From Lepidodermella squamata (Eukaryota > Animalia > Gastrotricha), in assembly GCA_047495785.1 (NCBI GenBank), contig JBLDXI010000085.1:124001-188000 (forward strand): a stretch of DNA of 64,000 bases, given 5' to 3'. The notes below the pieces were generated by a model. It worked only from the letters and a program-made list of their open reading frames with translations, did no database searches and had not been told where the DNA came from. The translations under genes were made by a program, and so were the position numbers. Shown here in pieces: positions 36,683-48,400 of this stretch; within the stretch, counting starts at the first letter, position 1, and the number at the start of each line of letters is the position of its first letter.

Positions 36683-36879
36683 AAGTCCAGATTTCAATAT
36701 TAAAATCTGCAAAGCTCTTGCTCATTAACATTACCAACAGTTATAGAACATCAACTTGGATGAACCGGTGACTGCTGAGATTTGGCATTGGCTGATTGGC
36801 TTTTCAGCGGCATTCAGAATTAATTTCATATTTTTTTCATGGGATTATTACTGCAAGGATTGAAATAAAACGCCTAATA

Positions 36880-37078
36880 CAGTGAAACCCCGATTTGGCG
36901 TCATCTACGGGCCGGCCAAAAAATCGGGCGGGAAATCCGAAAAGACGGATAATCCGGGTCAATTTACATGCAATGTTATGCTGCGGGGAAAAATGAAGAT
37001 TTTTCATCCCCTTATCTTTTGCATACCCGGATTTCCCGTAGACGGAAAATAAAAGGACGCCAAATCGGGGTTTCACTG
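36880..37078. mobile_element. Tc1/mariner/pogo-type MITE
   Basis: 23-bp perfect TIR CAGTGAAACCCCGATTTGGCGTC; TA on both flanks. Confidence 0.9.
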
Positions 37079-37363
37079 TATGCTAATCTAACTTTGTTCA
37101 ACAAATTGAAATATTTTTATCTCAGTTTTTCGTGCGAGCACTCAACTTTACGCAGGAGGGAATTTGCGCACCCATTTCCCGGCACAGAATCGGCTATAAT
37201 ACTCGATTTATTGCTTAGTAGCAGTCAAAGTGCAAACCATCTACGCCGAAAACTTGAATGGAATGCTAATTGGATCACAAGGCACGCGCGAATCGTTTGG
37301 AATGGTTTGGATCGTTTGGAAAATCAGTTTCAATAATTTTTTATGAATTATATTACCAGAACC

Positions 37364-38553
37364 ATGAAATTTATCATAAGCCTCACAATCATCACGGGTT
37401 TGTCTTCATAAACATGTTTCATTGAATGTTTTTTTTTGCTATCACTCAGGAATTGCCTTTCTTGAATCGGTTTCTGCTGCAAGGCGACAGCCGAAACACA
37501 GAGCATGGCGACGTATCGCCCTCAATGACGATGCGAACACCAACTCGAACGTGAACAAAATCGAAGGCTCGCCGTACTTTTACTATGCGGTTGATGACGG
37601 CAATGACGAGGCGCCAGTGCTGCCCTGGTGGATTTTCTATCACCGAAAAACTACGACGGCTGCAACAACAACGACAACAACCATCAAACCGGTAAGACTA
37701 ATAAAAAATCAATGCCTCAAAATTGTTACGGTAAATATTGGAAATCATGGGTCATGGATCTCGTTACAAACAGTGATTTTATTCAATTTGATTTCTTCAG
37801 TAAATCCCATTTCTTTAAATCACATTACTTATTTCTGATTTTCTGCGAGCCGCGGCGTCCTATCGTACGTCTCATGTATATCAGCAGTAGACCAAGGGGG
37901 CTAAATCATTTGTAAAAAATCATTATAAACATGTTGTAAATCAAATAATCAAAAATGGCCTAAATCAAATTAAATAATATTCAAAGTCTCTGGTTCAAAT
38001 CACACTCTAACTTTGCTTTGCAATTTAAAAAATTCTCACTCCCAATTGCATAAATCTCGAACCAATTTATTTCCATTTTTGTCAGGATTTTTTCCGTTGT
38101 CTCGCCCCAAATGGCCAAGTTACATGCCGCGAAACAGCTTGCCAGGCCGGTGAGAAGCCACACCAAGCAACAACCTTCACCAGCATGACGTCATGCCAGA
38201 ATGCTGTGAAAACGTTGCGTTACATGGCAACCACTGCCGACGCAGCACATGCGATTTCAACTTGCGCGGGCATCAGCGGACTCATGGCGACAATCAAGAC
38301 ACCGGCGGAAGCTGCCACTGCCCTGACCCTTTCTGGTGGCTCATTCGCCAGCGTTGGATTATCGAACCAGGCCGGGCAGTGGATATGGTACGACGGCACG
38401 GCCTATGCCAATTACCCGCCTTGGCGCTTCGATCAGCCTGATAGCGGCGCATCTGCTTGCGGCGCTCTAAGCCGCTATACTGGTAATCCTGTTCTCCTGG
38501 ATTTCCCGTGTAGCAACAATTTGTTCGGCTTTTTCTGTGAAACGTTTGCGTAA
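37364..38553 (+). CDS. Secreted C-type lectin (QPD motif) with Thr-rich linker and one 4-Cys module; exons 37364-37397, 37450-37691, 38086-38553
   Basis: MKFIISLTIITGIAFLESVSA..TTTAATTTTTTIKP|DFFRCLAPNGQVTCRETACQAGEKPHQATTFTSMTSCQNA, then a CTLD with WIWYDG..WRFDQPD..C..LLDFPC..FFCE. Confidence 0.85.
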
Positions 38554-39451
38554 TTATTAATGGAAAAGGAACTGATATTGTATCAAACTATAATTTGTGA
38601 CTATTCTACGCTAATATTTCGCATTCGTTAATTTATGATTGAATTTTCTATTCTTTTGATCAGTCGCAACAACAAATAAAAATAAAGAATTTAAAATTAT
38701 TTAGTCAACTGAACCGATGACCGCCTCCAGGGTGCGATCTTGGATCTGGGAGCTGACAGGGATGGAAAAACAATTCTGCTGTATTTGCCAAAATTACTAG
38801 TGATTTCAACTGAAACACGAGGTTCTTTTTCGAGGTTCTTCCACTAAAACACGCTCCGAAATCTCTCAAATACACCTTTTTCCCATTACTTTTCCTCGCG
38901 AAAACCCCATATTCAATCGATACAGCATTTGTTGGTATAAATTTGTTGGCGATATTTGTGTCATGAGAAGACTTAGTACTTTAAGCATGTTTCACATGTT
39001 ACAATGTGAAAGCAAAATCGAAGTAACACCTGGAAAAGACTGCTGTAACCTCATTTTTAGGAGGTTTCGGAGCCTTTTCTAATGGAAAATCCTCAAAAAT
39101 TCCTCGCTTCGCTCGTATTATTGGTATTACAAATCAACTGTGTTAAAGTTTAAATAACATCTCAGTTAAGGCTATAATTAATTGACTCGTTTAAGTCTTG
39201 AGTAGAAAAATACAGCCGTTAAAACAGTCCGCCTGTCACACTCGGGTAATTACACCGCATGCAGCGGCGGCAGTGCGATGCGTGCCAAAAGCGCAGCGTG
39301 TGACATCTCATCATTGCACACTAATACTGCCCACTGCGCAAAATCTCACGTGCGCAAATATAACACCTAAAAACGACAGCAGTGAAAATTGCAAAAATTT
39401 ACCCCATCCACGACATCCTGCGCGTCTATTCTACTCACAAAAGACTACAAC

Positions 39452-40048
39452 ATGGCTTGCACTGCTATTTTCCCATTTTTTCTCGTAATTTCAGCCGTTT
39501 TATTTGCAATTTCAAATTCAGCATATGATTCGCCGTCTACGTCATCGATTCGAATTCTTAGCGTCGACCCGGGCATGAACTACGGCACTGAGGCCTTTGC
39601 TATCTCAATCGTTCAAGAGGCGATGGTTTTCTACCGCAGCCAAGCGAAAAAACCGGCAAATGGCGCGTTGCTAACAACCCTCGCTGAATTCGTGCGAAAA
39701 CGCCTCGACCAACGCTACGGCCCTTACTGGGGCGTTATCGTCTCGAGAAATGGCGCCCGCGATTCCGGCTGGAAGGTTTGGTACGACATACCGAATTACA
39801 TTGTGCTAGCCACGCGGAATAACATGGCTTTTGTTATCTACAAAAATGCGATTTACAACCCGGATGCGGTGAATGAGTCACAGGAGGATGAGGATTTCAG
39901 CCATGAGGAAGAGCATGATGATGAGGAGGTCAAGTTGCCGGTTGTAGCCCGCAGCAGTTGGCGCGATGCTGAGGCGAAACGGCGGCATCTCGGCCGGTTT
40001 GCAGGCTTTTCGTGGCCGCGAGGTGTTTCATCTTACAATAATCGTTGA
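39452..40048 (+). CDS. Secreted protein with dynein light chain LC8-like (ground-like) domain and acidic tail
   Basis: Signal peptide MACTAIFPFFLVISAVLFAISNS. GMN..EAFAISIVQEAM..LAEFVRKRLDQRYGPYWGVIVSRN..NYIVL..AFVIYK parallels LC8 IA.IKKEFDKKY.PTWHCIVGRNFG..FIYF..AILLFK. Confidence 0.7.
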   Translation: MACTAIFPFFLVISAVLFAISNSAYDSPSTSSIRILSVDPGMNYGTEAFAISIVQEAMVFYRSQAKKPANGALLTTLAEFVRKRLDQRYGPYWGVIVSRNGARDSGWKVWYDIPNYIVLATRNNMAFVIYKNAIYNPDAVNESQEDEDFSHEEEHDDEEVKLPVVARSSWRDAEAKRRHLGRFAGFSWPRGVSSYNNR

Positions 40049-40509
40049 ATAATAAATAAAAATGGTTTTTTTTGAACGCGGATTTTTGAACACAACTTGA
40101 TCGTATTACTTCGTTATGGGGAGCTATTGAAAAATGAGTGCGATTCTGTATACCCAGAGAAATTGCTAAAACCTTGAAATGAAAAAACTGCAATTTCTTT
40201 ATTATTAGTTTTTTGATTTCATACAAATCTTAAAATTCTTTAATTAACAATTTTCACATTTTTTTCTTCAATTTCTTCAATTTAATTTTTCCAAAATAAA
40301 AGCCTATCGTAGTTCGTATCATTTTCAATTTCTCGCATACTATGAGAATTCACCAGTTTACTGTAGAAGACTTGTATCCTATACATCAGATGTCAAAAAT
40401 GGATCAAACGCATTTTTGTACCAGGCATTTTTCGTCATAATCGAGGCATTTTTGTACCATTATCAGACCTAAATTCAGAGAAAATAACCATCAGCTGAAA
40501 CTCGCATCG

Positions 40510-40757
40510 CATGGCCCGGCGGTTCTTTTGACACCGAATTCGTGGCCACAAGGTCTGAGTAGGTCATTGAAAATGACAGTGAAATAACGTCGAAATTTTG
40601 GATTAGAGCCAAAAATCAGACCAAAGAATTGGACCTAATTATTAGACCCAGATTATGGCGCAACAATCGAAATTTCACTGTTTTTCAAGTTTGATTTCTG
40701 TGCGTTTCTTGATGTCTTTGGCCCCAAATTTGGTGTCAAAAGAACCGTTAGGTCATG
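40510..40757. mobile_element. MITE-like inverted-repeat element
   Basis: catggcccggcggttcttttgacaccgaatt versus aatttggtgtcaaaagaaccgttaggtcatg; no TSD seen. Confidence 0.5.
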
Positions 40758-41099
40758 GCCTACACTTTGCCGTGAGGCATTTTGCCCCTCGACGCATCGT
40801 TGACCCGAAAAGAGGACTTTTTGACAGACCCAGGATTTATACCCAAATATCGGACCTCGCAGTCTATTTTTGGCAGTTAAAGTGTAAGCAACTCAACCTA
40901 ACCAAATCTCGAAAATAAAATAATATGGGAAATTTAAATTTATCAAGTAACTTTCACGCAAGCTATGTATGCTATCGTCGGTGGGACAAAACAAGCCGGA
41001 TCGGGTAGGATAGCTGGATAACAGGCGTGATTTTCAAGAATTAAAAATTCTAGACTAATATTTTCACTAGCTTTTTGCTTCGAAGCTGAATAGGAAGAT

Positions 41100-41800
41100 G
41101 AGGACATGGGCAGAGAGCGTAAGCTGTTCTGGGCAGTCCATTATTGTGTCTTGTTGCTATCTACAATGCTTTCGGCGCCTGAAGATCAGCCGGTTTTTTT
41201 TGAGAAGATACCTATCCATTCTACCTAATGTTCAATTCGGAACTGCGAATAGGATCTGCTTCTACAAGCGGGTGAGGTTGGGCGAGCCTTCCACCGATGA
41301 TTTGGTGAAGAATTTCGCAGGTTTTGCAGCCCTGGATGAAATACTATCGTTGCTATAGCTCGAACTTCACGAAATTCGCCTGCGGACCTACGATAAGCTT
41401 TAAGCCTGGAGAGGTTAATTCGAATTGGATAATCAATGTCCTAATTCACTTTTCTCTTGCAGGTCTCAGGTGCGATTACTCAGATCGGGCTAGTTGCCAC
41501 ACAAGGATAGAGATTTTCAAGATCCTATCGCCGAACAGCCCGTGATTCGCTGCTACAAGAATTCGAATGGTAAATTCCAGACCTGTCGACCAGGCTGCCT
41601 CAACGACGAGTTCCAGGTAAGAAATGCGTCCATAAATTTTAGAATAAATACCTACATTTAATTATCATTCCAGAATGGCCCGACGTATATCTTCAAAAAT
41701 CTTGATGTTTGCCTGAAAGCGCTGGGACCTTTCGCGCTAATTGTTTACTATTTCTCCAGGTTTTCTGATATTTCAGGGTGCTATGTAAGTGCTATGTAAG
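41100..41800 (+). pseudogene. Orphan, degenerate 3' remnant of an astacin-type gene (4-Cys-module exons only)
   Basis: Exons MKYYRCYSSNFTKFACGPT.., RCYKNSNGKFQTCRPGCLNDEFQ and NGPTYIFKNLDVCLK match 49330-49750, but with fused or deleted introns and no upstream gene. Confidence 0.7.
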
Positions 41801-42462
41801 CATTATCCCCAGCAGAATCTAATTTTCTGAAGTTGGTCTTATTTCTTATTTTTATGCAATATTATTCGACCGAGAATTAATCGACAGAGTATAGAGTGAG
41901 TAATCAGCATATTAAAAATTAGGCCGAATAATGGAAGTCTTTTTGTTTAAGACTTCCACGTTTGGTTGATCTGACTTGTTTTTGTGGTCGTGAATCAAAA
42001 TTATACCGAATATTAAAGAGCTTCAACTCGAGACACTTGCTGATCGGCTATCGAATAGCGGAGCAGGGCGTAAACAAACTCCCGCCCGTATCTGCCAGTG
42101 TCGGTCGTTTCAGTTTGATGAAATCAATTATTAAATTGAGCTCAATCTTTTTAGCCATGCCCTCACTATTATCGTTAATAAAATCGGTCCGTTTTAGAAA
42201 GGCCGTCTCAGATCGGTCCGATTTGGACAATTTCATTTTTTTCATCATTGAAGAGTGAGAAAATTGTTTCAAACAATTCTGGCAGTTCGGACTTGAAAAG
42301 CATTGAGAATTAGCAAAAAAACAAACATCACGGACTTGCTCTGTGTAATCTGACATGTCTATTCATAGCTCAGGTCACAGCCAGGCACATGATTTGCTTT
42401 TTTTTGCTTGTTTTTGCTCAACTCATTTATTTCATTCAATTTATTTTATTTTATTTGAAAAA

Positions 42463-45400
42463 ATGAAGCAGATACTAGCATTCACACTACTTTTCAGCTT
42501 CGTAGCAACTTCCCGTGGAATTGTGGGTGGCTTTTGCTTTATAAACTCATCTTCATCTAAACACATACACATTGCAGGATCCGGAGCTTGAAGATGTTCT
42601 CTGGCAATTGAACGATGCCATTCTTGCAAATCATGGTCTTCCACCGGTAAATTTTCGAGTAGTATCGCGTTAAATTTGTCATGCTCCTTGTTTTCTAGGC
42701 CAACCGTAGTGTCCCACTGAAGCTATGCGGCGTTCCAGATATGGATACCGCGCAAGCCAAACTGAGGCGACAACTGGCAATCGCGGATGGCGAGCCATTT
42801 GTGGCCGGAGTGAATTTGGCTGCCAATCTCTGGGAATTTCCTATCAAATACCAAATCAGTGAATCGTACAGTTAGTTGAACGCTTGTTTGCTTCGCTTCT
42901 TCTAGGCTAATTTCATCGTGATGTTGCGCATTGAGCAGACGCCTAACGAACCTTCAAATTTCAATTCTTACGCATATTTTCCGCCTCCTTTTCGCGTAAT
43001 AATCAGTGATATTACGCCATAAAGTTAGTTGCATGGTTGTTAAATTGTCTTGCTCGTTTTAGGCTAATTAATCATCTCTCTTTTTAGCTTAATTATTCTA
43101 CTTTCATCAATATTTAATATTGAAAGTCATTCATACAGCGATTCCTCTTGGATGTATTTATTCCAAAGAGAAAGGAATGGCCATAGTTATTATAGTCATG
43201 CTAAAAGATTGGGAAGTAACCAGAATTCTACCGACTTGTTCGGCTGTTTTCATGCCAATTTCTTCGTCTTTGTTCGGAAATACTAAATTCAAGGAAAATA
43301 ATTTCAGCCAAAAAAAATTAGAAATTGGCGAAGGCTGTGGGATTTGAATCATCGTTCTCACACTCCTAACCCAGCCTCTCTCACCACTAAGCCATCTACT
43401 CTCTTGAAATTAGTGACCGATTTCTTGCGACTTCACTTAGTGTGTGGAAATCTTAATTGTCAACTATGATGGCTATGAAAATTCTTTAAAAGCCATTCGA
43501 TCCGTAGCGTGTCCACTTTCATTTTCTTTATGGACTTTCTTTGCTGGCAAGAGGGCTTGAGTGCCCACCGATGTTCAGCATTGAGCTATTCAGTTAAATA
43601 CAGTGCGCGAAGTAGGATCCTCGAACTAGGTGGTATTTTAGGGCCCCCCCCCCCCATTCGAATCGACCAAGGATAGGACGGCCGCCCGGTACCGCTCGAG
43701 GCAGTTATGGTCGCGTTGCGGAGCGTAGTCCTAGGCCGTGGCCGCCGTTCTACCAATGGTCGCTGAAGATCTCCCGAGGAGTTAGATTGAAAGGAAACTA
43801 TGGAAGGAATATTGCCCGATTAAAAATGTGTTTAACTTACTTAGTACTTAGTACTTCTAAACCTGTTAGTATATTGATAAACATGTTGGCAAGATGAAAA
43901 AAGATTTGGCAAGATGAAAAAAGATTTATTGCGAATTTACACTAGATTTAACGATTAAATTATTTTCCAGAACAAATTTTGGTTAGATAAAAAAAAGATT
44001 TTGGCAAGATGAAAAAAGACACAGCCGTAGATGGCTTAGTGGTGAGAGAGGGTGAGAACGATGGTTCAAATCCCTCAGCCTTCACAAATTATTTTTTATG
44101 GCTGTAATTAAATTAAGGGTCATTAAATTAAATTAAATTAAATTAAATTAAAATATTAAATTAAATTAAAATATTAAATTAAGGCCGAAATCAGACCATT
44201 CGCTCAGATTTTTTTACCCCGCCCGAACCTTGAGCTGGTCGAATTAGGGTCCAATTTAATTGTATTATCTATTGTGTAACTTATGATCATAAGCATCGAA
44301 TTTCAAATTCACCTTGTTTTGGATCAAATATAGCTACCTATTTTTAGCGTATCCAAGTTGAAAGTTTGCTGTATTGTGTGATTGCAGCCACCGATGAGAA
44401 AGCAAACATCCGCGCAGCTATGGACCGCTGGGAAGACGTTACATGTGCCCGATTTGTCGAAGATGCAAATCTCGCGCAAGATCAGAACGGCTTGAATATC
44501 TTCAAAGAATCAGGGTGAGTGATTTTTCGAATATAAGTACAGCAATTCATAACAACAGCTATTTCGCGACATTTTCCAAGATGTTGGTCATATATTGGGC
44601 GAATTCAATTAGGAACACGGCAGGACTTGTCTCTAGGCGACGGCTGCACGGCGGTATCTATCATTTCATAAAAAGCTATTCTCCGATTGAAGGAAATTAT
44701 CATTCAGGTATTCATTGCAGCCCACGAAATCGGCCACGCTCTGGGAATGGTTTGGTTTTTTTCTATTTCGAATGGCATGCTGTTAACCTGTGTGTCTCAC
44801 CAGGAACACGAGCAATCGAGAACGGATCGCGATAACTACATCCGAGTCCTATACAAGAACATTTTAGCGTAAGTTCATTTGTAAACATCTTCAAAACTTT
44901 CGTCGTAATTTGTATCCACATGCAGCTCCGATGCATACAACTTTGATACTGTACTTACGGATGAGAATTCCAATGTGTCGTACAATTACGATTCCGTTAT
45001 GCACTACGGCTGGGACGCTTTCGCTAAAGCGGCAAACTTGCGAACCATGGAAACAATTGATAAGCGATACATGTACACGATAAATGAGAAGAATTTTATC
45101 TCTTTCGGAGATGCGAAACGAGTTAACATACGATATAATTGTGGTAAGTTTAACATATGGTTAGGTTACCTAATTTTGCGTAAAAGTGCAAAAGATTCAG
45201 CCTTATATTTTTTCTGAATTATCTGAATTAATCATTGAATAACATTGTCTTGGATAGAATTACCCAGGGCTAGTAAAATTTCAACCTCGAACTTTTGAAA
45301 AATCCTAAAATTAATTATTGGTGAATCGTTCAATGCTATAGAACCGACTTGACCCCTCAACCCAAGGCTACTATTAGGGATGGGCGATTATTAGCGACTG

Positions 45401-48400
45401 GACTACTATTGGCATGTGACGTAGATAGGACGCCGCACTAAGAGGTTTTCGGACACGAAAAACTGAAGTCAGACTAATAAGGGGCAAAGTTCATCGTTTC
45501 AAATTTAATGAGATGAATCATGTCATTATTTTCCACCCCAATATTTCTTGTGCTGTTTGTGTGTAATTTTGAGCTCAGTTCATCTTTGAAGATGCATCTC
45601 CTCTTTGTGGCGTCTCGGAAACCGCGCCAAATCCCTACTTTTTGCGATCTTTGAAACTTGAACTAATTAATTTTAAATTTTTAAATTTTAATTATTAAAC
45701 AAATTCGAATTGAGCCCCGCCATTTTATTTTTTTTAAGCTGCAAAATATTCTGAATATTAATGAGGAAAAAAGTGAACACGTCTTCTTGTCTGTCGGCGT
45801 GCTCTGAGTGCGGCGTCCTATCTACGTCACATGACTATTGGGACACATACGTTAAATTAAATTAGTTAATTTATTAATTTTAATTTATAATTTCAATTTA
45901 TAGCTGAAATGTATTAAGCTGAATTTGTTCTTAGTTTTCTTAATAACTCCATTTTCTTATTTCGAATTCATTAGAATAATAATTTCAATTTCAATTTTAA
46001 TGGCTCTGTGTGTTGCGCCCGCGGAATTCTTAAAATCGCCGCGGTGGTGCGCTGCGGAATAATGCGCGAGTGCGCGCGATTGTTTACCTTTCTGCTTAAT
46101 AGTGTGCAAAGGTGCGGTGTTAAGACTTTTGACGCGGAAACCACTATTCGCGCCGCGGAAAAATTTAAAAATAGACGCGGAAAGTAGCGATGAATCCGCG
46201 GAATTAAATCCATTAATCAGAATAACTTGGCGGCTGGTTTTTTTTGCAAAAATCATCCACTGACCACAGAACCACTTCGTCACGTTAGCTAAACGCGGCT
46301 GATAGCAAACCGCTAGCACCTAGCGACTGGTATTAAAGCTCTATAATGGGCTAACTTTTTCGCGCAATGTCGGCCAGATATGCCGTAAAAGGGATGTTCG
46401 CTATCGGTGCGCATGAACTGGGTGTTCGGCGGCTGCGTACCTATGGGACTCGAAATGAGTTTATACCGGACTGCGCACGAGGGTGGCTATAGTAACACCG
46501 AAACAACCGCCCATTGCTAGCTCCTAGCACCTAATCGGGGTGGTTCGATAACCACTGAGACTGAGCCGAGCCATTTTACGACCCGTGTTACTCAGCTCTT
46601 TCCAAACGCTGGACGCTATTCCCCCGCCGACCCATTACAACATGTAGCAGTCAATTTCTTGAAAAACCGCGTTCGAATGAACCCTCTCCGTGCGCAGTTG
46701 TCACATTTTTATTGCCCTTATTGCAGGTCTGCAAGGCGCTCGCTCTCAAAAGCGGTGTTAATCCGCTAATCCCTAATCCGCGTCTCAAGAGTTCCGCCCC
46801 TCTTCGCCGCCCTAGCCCTCTGTATTGCGCTGTTGACGTGACTCGCTACCTCAGGACACCGGGCTGTGTAAACAGCTTTGGTCAATTTTGCCGATTGTTG
46901 TCGATTTCGTTGAAGTTTTTCGAAAGTTTTTCGAAAGTTTTCACACGGCGCGCAACTTGGCGCAACTTGCAAAAACTTGTCAATATCATCCCACTGGCTG
47001 AATTCGCTCATTTTTACGGTACCAAGAGCAACGGATATCGCTAGCGGCGCTTTGGTGGTGAAGATGTTTTACCGCCTTCTTTACCTGCGTATTACCTGAC
47101 TCAGCGGCAACGGGTCAAGTCGACCCGCCGGTCACCAGTCACCTGTTGGGTCAGGTCACCGGTCTGGTACTAGTCGTGAGACCATGAGACGTACCAGGAC
47201 GCCGAGGCTTGATAAAAGGGGCAAAAAACATCAGCTCGTGCCTCAAATCAATGCGACGAGCTCATGAATAATCCGTTTCGCTTTACACAGATTTTATTAT
47301 AGGAGATTCGAAGCCTCGGCGTCCTGGCACGTCTCATGTTCGCGGCCGGTCAGCCGCTGCCGATTGACCGGTTTTCAACCGAAATATGTCACAAAACTCA
47401 GAAATTTTATAAATCGCGTCTTTTGTTTACTATTAGCGTCTTTTGACCGCGCGCACTCACCGATTTCAGCGGGAAGCGATTAAATAAGCGCGGCGGATTA
47501 ACATTTTGACCGCGCCTTCACAAATTCGCGGCGCGCGCACAAATTCCGCGTCATTTTACACATTTCAGCGTCGTGTTTACTTTGGGCGAATTTTAATTCT
47601 AAGTTTTCCGCCGATTTATTCCAAAGATTTTCCAATTTCTCTCTTTTTAGTTGAAAACTCATGTAATGGCAAGGCTCTACCTCAGCCTTGCCAGAATGGA
47701 GGCTATCAGAGCCCGAATAACTGCTCGAAGTGCCTCTGCCCGGAGGGTCTAGGTGGCGATTTCTGCGAGACCTACGGCCCATACAAAGGTCCAGTTCCAT
47801 GCGGCGGTTACATCGATGTAAACGCTTGCGGCTACACTTCAATCACCTCGCCCGGCTACCCGAATGTTTACGACAAAGAAACGTCTTGCAACTGGTGGAT
47901 TAGAGCGGTAAATTCTAACCAAAATTCTTATCAAATCTTGAAAGATTAATGTTCCAGCCGGCCGGCTCTGGATTAGTTTTCGGCTTCGAAAAAACACCCG
48001 ATCTTCCGAACGAATATTACTGTAATAATCTGAAACTGAATTGAAATTTTCGTTGGATTTTCGCTCTATATTTTATAGATGGGACGAGTTGCGCAGATTA
48101 CGTTTCAATTCGTGATTTCGACAGTGTTGATAAATCACTGATGATGTGCGTAATTTTTGAATCCTGGATTGGGTAATAGTTATATCTCTTTTTTACAGGT
48201 TTTGCACTTTTAGCATTTCCAATGGTCGAGTTTACTCAACTGACGAGAATCAAGCCATAGTCACATTCGGAACGCAGGGCATCTCAAGCACCAGCACCGG
48301 CTTCAATTTGACTGTCTACGCAACTTGCCCTGATACGAAAGCAACCTCGCTTACCAAGGAGTGTCGAATTACCGATACGGGACGTGATTATGAAGGCACG

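Noticed and set aside
45960-47560. CGCGG-rich intronic block as a gene or ncRNA
   Set aside because: Looks like nested repeat-derived sequence; ORFs are uninformative and boundaries could not be defined.
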